This document shows, piece by piece, positions 57,767 to 64,000 of a stretch of 64,000 bases of DNA. The notes beneath the pieces are model-generated. The model saw only the letters and a list, made by a program, of their open reading frames with translations. It did not search any database and was not told the origin of the DNA. This DNA is from a virus. The stretch spans positions 35,860-99,859 of the IMG/VR virus record IMGVR_UViG_3300046314_000558; one strand, 5' to 3'. Each line of letters starts with the position of its first letter. The stretch's first letter is position 1. A program made the translations under genes and the position numbers.

Positions 57767-59683
57767 TTAAGCTACGTAACGTAGAGCGGAAACTGCACCG
57801 CCTAGGTTTGTTGTAACTTGAGTCATGCCAGTACGTAGGCTAGCTACCATAACACGACGTTGTGTCTCTACCAAGTCTTGTGTATCAACACGTAGACCAC
57901 GCTGGTTACCAACCAAGAAGTTACCTGGGTTGAAACAGATTGCGCCAACAGCGTCAGCAGCCTTATCTGCAAACTCAGCACTTACGATAACTGGTGTGTT
58001 ACCAACTGCACCGATTTGACCAGTTAACAGAGTGGCTTGATTACCAACTTTGTCAACAGTTAGGAAGTTTGTGTCTTCTAACAGGTCGTAGTAGTTTTCT
58101 GTGCTTACGATGTAAACTAGTTCTGAAGGATCTAGACCCCAGGCACCTAGGTCACGACGCATTTGCTGTAGCTTAGCAACAGTCATTTTAGCAGCATCGC
58201 TGATATCTAGAGTAACGGCGCTTACTGCATCGTAAGTTGCCAAGCCTTTAACTGGGTCACTACCTGTACCTGCACCACGTAGCATAGCACGGTCAACAGC
58301 GCGAGCAACACGGCGAACCATGGCGTCACGGATAACAGGCATAATGGCCAATAGGCTGTCTTCTTCTTCTTCGTATGCAACGTATTCGTTTGTAGCAACT
58401 TTATACGCGTTCAAAGTGATTTCTTTTAGTGCATGAGTAGCTTCGTTACCAGCACTTGCTGTTGTACCAAACGCTGTGTTAGCCATCCATGTAGCAACAC
58501 CAGCTTCTGGGTTCACAGGAATAGTCATAACGTTGGTCTGCATAGTAATACCACGCAGGTTAGGAGCAACAACTAAACGACGGCGAACTTCGTTTTCCAT
58601 GTTAGTGGATACTTCTAGTTCCCATGTAGCGCTTGGTAGGTGAGCACCGTACTTTTGGATCATTTCTTGACCAAACTTAGTGTCGCCTAGAGCTTTACCT
58701 GCCATCTTTGCAAGAATAACGGCCTTCTCTTTGTCAGCATAAGACATTTCGCCGGCTTTGCCGTCTGTGAAAGTCATACGTGATTTCTGAATGGCTTCTA
58801 GTTCAGCAGCTTTCTCTTTTAGAGCGCTCTCTAGACCTGCAACAACAGATTTAGTTTCGTCAGCTTGAGCAGCAAAACGCTTCTCTACTTCGGCCATTAG
58901 TGCCTCAGCACCGGTTGTGGTTGGTGTTGCTAGGGCAACAGCAGCCTTGATTTTTGCGTCTAAGTCAGCAGCTTCTTTGTCAGCAAGTGCTTTTTCAGCA
59001 GCAGCTTTTTCTTGAGCAGCTAGCAGGGACTTAGTGGCTTGCTCAGCGGCAGCGGCCAACATTTTTTGTAGTTCTTCTGGAGTCATTTCCAATTCCTTTG
59101 TGATATTGCTTTTTGCATCGCCGGAGGCTTCTAGCCCTTTAGCTGAGTCGCTTGGGTTAGCAAATTGCATTTTGAAACTCTTAAATTCTTCGGCCGTGTC
59201 AAACGCCTTAGAAAGACTAAATAGTGTATTTTGATTTGCTGGTACAGACACAACGGATATTTCGTGTAGTTCCAGTTCTTTTACAACAAACAGCTCTAAG
59301 GCTGAATTATATTCCGCATCAACGATACGGAAACCAATGCTAAAGGCGGTTAGCACGCCGTCTTTTACAAGATTGAAAACATCCTCAGCTGCTGCAGAAA
59401 TTCTTGCTTTTACATACAAGCCTTTCTCATCGACGCGGTGGTCTGTCATTCTTCCAACTGGTTCACTGTGGTCGTGGTAAGCAAGAATTACTGGATTTTT
59501 CAAGTAATTCTCAATACCCTTTTGCCACACCGCAGCTGGAACAATGTCACCGTGTCTGTCAACGTCATTGGTTGAAGCGTAACCTTCGATGGTCACGCTG
59601 TCAATTTTGCCGTCAGCAGTTGGTAGAGGTTCACTCTTAGTAAAAGAACTGTTTAAAAACAGCACTTTATTTTTATCTACCAT
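57767..59683 (-). CDS. HK97-type prohead protease fused to major capsid protein (internal start at 59086)
   Basis: N-terminal IEGYAST, LAYHDH, AFSIGF, EISVVSVPAN protease motifs; Ala/Lys/Glu-rich scaffold segment; HK97 capsid C-terminus. Confidence 0.92.
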   Translation of the reverse strand: MVDKNKVLFLNSSFTKSEPLPTADGKIDSVTIEGYASTNDVDRHGDIVPAAVWQKGIENYLKNPVILAYHDHSEPVGRMTDHRVDEKGLYVKARISAAAEDVFNLVKDGVLTAFSIGFRIVDAEYNSALELFVVKELELHEISVVSVPANQNTLFSLSKAFDTAEEFKSFKMQFANPSDSAKGLEASGDAKSNITKELEMTPEELQKMLAAAAEQATKSLLAAQEKAAAEKALADKEAADLDAKIKAAVALATPTTTGAEALMAEVEKRFAAQADETKSVVAGLESALKEKAAELEAIQKSRMTFTDGKAGEMSYADKEKAVILAKMAGKALGDTKFGQEMIQKYGAHLPSATWELEVSTNMENEVRRRLVVAPNLRGITMQTNVMTIPVNPEAGVATWMANTAFGTTASAGNEATHALKEITLNAYKVATNEYVAYEEEEDSLLAIMPVIRDAMVRRVARAVDRAMLRGAGTGSDPVKGLATYDAVSAVTLDISDAAKMTVAKLQQMRRDLGAWGLDPSELVYIVSTENYYDLLEDTNFLTVDKVGNQATLLTGQIGAVGNTPVIVSAEFADKAADAVGAICFNPGNFLVGNQRGLRVDTQDLVETQRRVMVASLRTGMTQVTTNLGGAVSALRYVA

Positions 59684-59697
59684 AATACCCCTTTGTG

Positions 59698-60882
59698 TTA
59701 TTCCTTAGCGGAGGCGGGTCGTCCTCCAGTACTAGGATTTGCGGCTGAACCTGCAATATTTGCAGGGATTCGTAAATCATCGTTACCAGCTTTTGACTCG
59801 TAACGCAGCTCAACACGAGCCTCGTTGGGAGTAATAATGCCAGCATTTACTAACGTACTGTGGTACGCAGCAATATCTTTTAATTCAGGTTGTAGCGCAC
59901 TAACGGAGCTGGTAATAGCTTCTACGTCGTAGCCAAAATAACGCTCAACAGCACTGATAAATTTACGATTAATTGGTAGTACTGTTTCTAAATAGAACAG
60001 ACGTAAGTTTGGGCTGATGTTGGCGTTGTTACCGCCTTGCAACAAGATTGGCGGAACACCAACTGCTTGCATGATTTTTTCGCCATGAGTTTTGATTGAA
60101 GTATCAAAATCCATGTCTTTGAAGTTTGTTTCGGCTAGCTGATGCGGCTTTAGGCCCGAATCCAAGATAACTGGACGCTTGCCACCATTCTTTACATTGT
60201 ACTTTTGTAACCAGTAAGCAATGGTCTTTTCTTTTGCAACCTGTGATAGGGTATTATCTGTGGTTAGTACTAATCCAAATACAGCACCATTGTCAAAAAA
60301 GTTTTCTTGGAATTGCTGCATTGAATACAGCAACTTCACACTGCGATCTGCTGACTCCAGCCGACTGCTTCCGCGATAGATTGAATCACTGCTCAAGTCG
60401 CGGAAGTAGAAAACTTCGGATTCTTTGAAGTCTACTATTCCGTTGTAGCGAAAACCCTTGATAAAGGTTTTTGGGTCAGTCATGATTTCAACTTTGTCTG
60501 CAGGCAGGTGGTACATAAAAGTACCGTCAAAGTGTACAAAGGCGTTGCCTTCTAAGATAAAGTCTGTGAATAGTGCGCTGCGAAAATCTTGTGCTGATTG
60601 ATACGGGTTTGGGCGAAAGTTAAGTAGTGTATTAAGCGTCTTTTGACGAATACCTACAACAATGCCATCGTGTACTTTATCTTTGATATCGTAGTCTAGG
60701 CTGCTTGCGGCATTTACCAACAAGCTAACGCTACGATTAACTGCTTCCAGCTTTTGAAAGCTTTGGAAGTAAGTTAATTTTGCATCTGTACCAACTTGTG
60801 TACCGGCTTCTTGCGAGATACGTTCCTGTGCTGGGTTCAGCTTTGTGCGAATCCAGTCTTGTGATTTTGCTATCCAACTCAT
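59698..60882 (-). CDS. portal protein (HK97 family)
   Basis: RPNPYQS, GNAF, FFDNGA, GVPPILL, GIITPNEAR. Confidence 0.93.
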   Translation of the reverse strand: MSWIAKSQDWIRTKLNPAQERISQEAGTQVGTDAKLTYFQSFQKLEAVNRSVSLLVNAASSLDYDIKDKVHDGIVVGIRQKTLNTLLNFRPNPYQSAQDFRSALFTDFILEGNAFVHFDGTFMYHLPADKVEIMTDPKTFIKGFRYNGIVDFKESEVFYFRDLSSDSIYRGSSRLESADRSVKLLYSMQQFQENFFDNGAVFGLVLTTDNTLSQVAKEKTIAYWLQKYNVKNGGKRPVILDSGLKPHQLAETNFKDMDFDTSIKTHGEKIMQAVGVPPILLQGGNNANISPNLRLFYLETVLPINRKFISAVERYFGYDVEAITSSVSALQPELKDIAAYHSTLVNAGIITPNEARVELRYESKAGNDDLRIPANIAGSAANPSTGGRPASAKE

Positions 60883-60890
60883 AGTTTCCC

Positions 60891-61322
60891 TTAAATAAAC
60901 CTTGAGAAAAATGAGTTGTGTGTTTGAGTAGGAACGGCTTTATCACCATGAACGTGCTTTTCACGCTGTATTTCAATCCAGCGTTGCTGCTTTGCTTCTG
61001 AACCTACTGCCGGTGCTTTACCATAAATACTGTGCAGTGCTACATGGTGCGGATTACATAGGGTGTAAACCTGGTCATATAACTCTACGCGGTGCTCAGC
61101 AATAAATTCATCACGAACAGCTAAAATGCCTTCGTCTGTTGATATGTCGTAACCTTTTCGCGCAGCCCACGTTTCTAGTAAGATTGTGATTGAATGTAGA
61201 TGATGAAGTTCCAGGTCTTTGGTAGTATCGCAGACAAAGCACTCGGTTTTTTTATCGTACGCTGCCTTGGCTCGATCGCGAACCCACTTAACTGGAATGC
61301 GTTTGTTTGTGTTCTTGGCCAT
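60891..61322 (-). CDS. HNH nicking endonuclease (T5-like packaging-associated)
   Basis: CFVC..LELHH...TLCNPHHVALH; lies between TerL and portal. Confidence 0.85.
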   Translation of the reverse strand: MAKNTNKRIPVKWVRDRAKAAYDKKTECFVCDTTKDLELHHLHSITILLETWAARKGYDISTDEGILAVRDEFIAEHRVELYDQVYTLCNPHHVALHSIYGKAPAVGSEAKQQRWIEIQREKHVHGDKAVPTQTHNSFFSRFI

Positions 61323-61352
61323 TTTTTAATTGGATCTCTTGAGATTACTAGT

Positions 61353-61381
61353 ATTATACCTGGTTAGCACAAAAATGTCAA
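61353..61381 (-). promoter_or_regulatory. consensus sigma70 promoter for the head-tail operon
   Basis: TTGACA-17 bp-TATAAT on the - strand. Confidence 0.85.
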
Positions 61382-61416
61382 TACCATAATTTTTTGTGCA
61401 CCTTGGACATTTTGAC

Positions 61417-61445
61417 TTGCACACAGAATCCAAATCATGTATAAT
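61417..61445 (+). promoter_or_regulatory. divergent promoter directed antisense into terL
   Basis: TTGCAC-17 bp-TATAAT on the + strand; no sizeable + ORF downstream. Confidence 0.6.
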
Positions 61446-61467
61446 TGAATATTAAATAGAAAACCGA

Positions 61468-62754
61468 TTATAGGGTATATGTATAAAGAGCATAACGAAT
61501 AGCATCCGCCATGTGAGAGTACTGGTCATGCTTTGGACGTTCACGCTGTAAACCTTCCTTCGTATCCCAGCGATACTGGTCAAACACCGCTAATGAATGT
61601 GTGCAATGAGGAGCTACTTTTAAGCGGCCCTGGGCTACCAGTGTTTGCACATATGCAATTCCGGGTAGGACGTCCTTTTTAGCTTTGGTTGAAGCCAGGT
61701 CGTAGATGTAGGCCAAGTCCGATGCAAACTGTGCAGCGGCCGAGTCAATAAAGATTGTTTCTACACCCCACTTGGCGCACAACTCACGGAAACTTTCAGC
61801 GTGTTGTGCGGTAGTGGCCTCATTTTCCAAGTACTCGTCTACAATCCAGAATGTGTCCAAAACCGGCTCGTAAACAATAACACAAAATGCTGTAAAGTCG
61901 CGATAACCAGGGTCACAGCCAGCAATGGCTTCGCCCAGTAACCCCACTGGTGGTTCCACCACATCGGATTGAGCTAAGCTGTAAATTTGACCCTCAAACA
62001 CTGTGAAGCTGGCAAGATATTCTTGTTCAAATTCAGCACGCGACATTGACTTCCTAGCCTCAGCCACATCCGACTCGGCCATGCGAGTGTTCTCCGAATA
62101 GTCCGACTGCAACGAGACCCATTCCGGAAAGTTGGGGTCAAATCCACGATTCCAAAATTGCGAAAACCAGTTGTTGCGACCACGTGGTGTTGAGATAAAG
62201 ATGGCCTTTGAATTGGGCTTGTCTAAGGTAGGACGCAGCGCAACGTTAAACGCAGCCTCACCATCCGAGCCCAAGGCAGCCTCGTCAAAAATAATCAAGT
62301 CATAGCTTCGACCAACGCACGAGTCAACGGTGCTAAGCGAACCCATGCGAATCGTCGAACCGTTGCTGAGTTCAATAATCTTGTCTTTTAAGTTATCGCG
62401 AGATACTTCAAGGTCAAAGTGCTTGATTAATTTACGTTGCAGCTCAAAACTAATGCCACTCAAGTTATAGTTTGGCGACATGATTAACACATTGCAGCCG
62501 GGTACTAGTGAGACAAGTTGACCAACCACGTTGGCTATGTAGGTTTTGCCCAATCTGCGAGCTAGGGCAGCGCAAACAAATCGGTACTTGGGGTCGTTGA
62601 CCGCGTTGATTAGTGCGATTTGGGGTCGGTTAATGGTTTCGTAAATACCTAAGAGCTTTAAGTAGTTGACAATCGGCAGTTTAATAAACCTGCGACCAGC
62701 ATCAAACTCAACAATGTAGTCGCACTCAACATCTGGACGTGATACAGTTAGCAT
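61468..62754 (-). CDS. terL: terminase large subunit (T5-like)
   Basis: ARRLGKT, IIFDEAA, ISTPRG, GCDPG, HMADAIRY; start placed at ATG 62754, overlapping the aldolase stop. Confidence 0.95.
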   Translation of the reverse strand: MLTVSRPDVECDYIVEFDAGRRFIKLPIVNYLKLLGIYETINRPQIALINAVNDPKYRFVCAALARRLGKTYIANVVGQLVSLVPGCNVLIMSPNYNLSGISFELQRKLIKHFDLEVSRDNLKDKIIELSNGSTIRMGSLSTVDSCVGRSYDLIIFDEAALGSDGEAAFNVALRPTLDKPNSKAIFISTPRGRNNWFSQFWNRGFDPNFPEWVSLQSDYSENTRMAESDVAEARKSMSRAEFEQEYLASFTVFEGQIYSLAQSDVVEPPVGLLGEAIAGCDPGYRDFTAFCVIVYEPVLDTFWIVDEYLENEATTAQHAESFRELCAKWGVETIFIDSAAAQFASDLAYIYDLASTKAKKDVLPGIAYVQTLVAQGRLKVAPHCTHSLAVFDQYRWDTKEGLQRERPKHDQYSHMADAIRYALYTYTL

Positions 62755-63401
62755 CCTGCCCCCGATGCAAGCACAATCTTGCAGATGTGTTCTAGGCGCT
62801 CGATGTGCTCGTAGGCACGCCACGGAGTGGTGTCAACCGCAACAACGCCGTGACCACGAATACCCACAATATCATAACCAATATTGCCTAACGCATCCAG
62901 GCCCAATTTCTCATGACACTGATCCGCCAATTCTTGCGAAATGGGTTTGACATCGCCAACTGTGGGCGCTACACGGGTATAGCGATTCAACTCCGGAAAG
63001 CTTGCTGAAATTGTTGAGAGATCAATTCCACGATGCATAGCCGCAATGCAGTAGGTGGGATGTACATGCACTACCACACGTGTATCCACTGGATGTTGAC
63101 CCAGCTCACGTTGTAAGCCAAAGTGCAGTGGCAGTTCGCCACTGGGTTCTAGACTGCTGCTAATAGGTGTATAGTCTAGTATTTTTGGAAAATACTCTAG
63201 TCGTGGTGGCTGCGAATAGTATCCCGACTCAATGCCGATCTTTTTAAACTGGTCAGGTTGCAGTGTTTGCTTGCGAACGCCACTGGGTGTTATGTAAAAG
63301 TGGTCACGATCGTGGTGGCGGATTGAGCAGTTGCCGTCGCGCGATGTAATCCAGTTGCGCTGGTACGCATCCAGCATGACTTCACAAATTGTTTCCAACA
63401 T
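62748..63401 (-). CDS. class II aldolase/adducin family metalloprotein
   Basis: DGNCSIR, ITPSG, PSGELPLH, VVHVHP, GHGVV. Confidence 0.88.
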   Translation of the reverse strand: MLETICEVMLDAYQRNWITSRDGNCSIRHHDRDHFYITPSGVRKQTLQPDQFKKIGIESGYYSQPPRLEYFPKILDYTPISSSLEPSGELPLHFGLQRELGQHPVDTRVVVHVHPTYCIAAMHRGIDLSTISASFPELNRYTRVAPTVGDVKPISQELADQCHEKLGLDALGNIGYDIVGIRGHGVVAVDTTPWRAYEHIERLEHICKIVLASGAGC

Positions 63402-63874
63402 TAGGCAACATCTCCGCTAATAAGTTTTGAAATAAGATGTGAATATTTGCTGCCATCCAAGCCCTCATTAATCTGCACGTTGACTTGACGCTGTGGCCCG
63501 GTTGCCTGCTGTGCTTTGGCCAGCTGAATTTCACGGTCTAACAAATCCATGCTCATTTTATGTGAGAGCGCTAAGAGTTCACTAATATCCTTGGTTGATC
63601 CAGTTCCGGCCTCATGCAGCTCTTGAAACTTTTGCTTGATTAAGGCGTCCATGGCAGCACGCATTTGAAAACGGTTGTTGAATCCGGTATCCATGAAAAC
63701 CGCGTCAATATAGCCCCGGACCTCGCGGCGAGCTAAGATTTCGGTGACCATGGTGGGTGGCAGGTCTAGCTCATCTGCTACACGTTTGCTATCTTGTAGC
63801 TGCAGGTAAGCATTGGCCACTTCCAGGGCTTCAGGGGCAATTTGCAGTGTTTCAGCAGGTAAGTTTTGTGTCAT
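63401..63874 (-). CDS. terS: terminase small subunit (T5-like)
   Basis: IAPEALEVANAYL, FMDTGFNNRF, GSTKDISELL; position upstream of TerL. Confidence 0.8.
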   Translation of the reverse strand: MTQNLPAETLQIAPEALEVANAYLQLQDSKRVADELDLPPTMVTEILARREVRGYIDAVFMDTGFNNRFQMRAAMDALIKQKFQELHEAGTGSTKDISELLALSHKMSMDLLDREIQLAKAQQATGPQRQVNVQINEGLDGSKYSHLISKLISGDVA

Positions 63875-63893
63875 AGTTGAGTCCTTTGGGGCA

Positions 63894-63923
63894 ATTATAT
63901 CATGCGGGGTAGTAGAGTGGCAA
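63894..63923 (-). promoter_or_regulatory. sigma70-type promoter for terS-aldolase-terL
   Basis: TTGCCA-18 bp-TATAAT with TGn extension on the - strand. Confidence 0.65.
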
Positions 63924-64000
63924 GTGAATTTTTTGTGGTGGTTGGGCGGTTTGGGAAGGTGGGGGCGATTGGGTTGGTTTGGGGTCGATGGGGGTGGTTT

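Noticed and set aside
60891-61322. HNH gene as a mobile homing endonuclease
   Set aside because: Its position between TerL and portal matches the conserved T5 nicking endonuclease.
62755-62823. N-terminal extension of TerL in the ORF track
   Set aside because: It overlaps the aldolase coding region; the coupled ATG at 62754 fits better.
658-62950. Many short overlapping or antisense ORFs in the ORF track (e.g. 2984..3352, 15792..16241, 30280..30900, 56090..56509)
   Set aside because: They overlap well-supported genes or regulatory sites, lack motifs and look like shadow frames.
1-64000. CRISPR arrays, tRNA genes, integrase, introns/inteins
   Set aside because: I saw no spaced direct repeats or cloverleafs in the short intergenic gaps. 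Polymerase, helicase, RNR and TerL are of normal length and uninterrupted.
1-64000. Alternative genetic code / stop-codon recoding
   Set aside because: Standard-code ORFs tile the window at high density with intact core genes.

Overview
This 64-kb window is the core of a lytic, T5-like (Demerecviridae-type) siphovirus genome. The GH19 endolysin, spanins and sigma70 promoters indicate a Gram-negative, probably proteobacterial, host. The + strand (1-15.9 kb) holds the replication block in T5 gene order: D5, helicase, primase, family A polymerase, D10, D11, D12/D13, D14, D15 and dUTPase. A glutaredoxin and a class II (B12) ribonucleotide reductase are added to this block. A separately promoted + strand cassette at 16.0-18.2 kb encodes a Gly-rich/coiled-coil/QN-rich protein, a collagen-like protein and Dps. 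The - strand (64 kb down to 18.2 kb) is the late region: TerS, an inserted class II aldolase, TerL, HNH nickase, portal, a fused protease-capsid gene, head-tail connectors, tail tube, frameshifted chaperones, tape measure, a lambdoid-type tail tip and many fibre genes. The fibre block is interrupted by a hemO-pcyX bilin cassette and is followed by spanins, endolysin, a six-gene exported/membrane module with an amyloid-like Asn-rich protein, and PhoH. The best leads for new biology are the 16-18 kb cassette, the 19.8-24.1 kb envelope module, the hairpin-flanked hemO-pcyX cassette, a structured leader that hides the RBS of a holin-like gene, and a consensus promoter firing antisense into terL. 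All calls come from reading motifs and synteny by eye; no database searches or folding programs were run.
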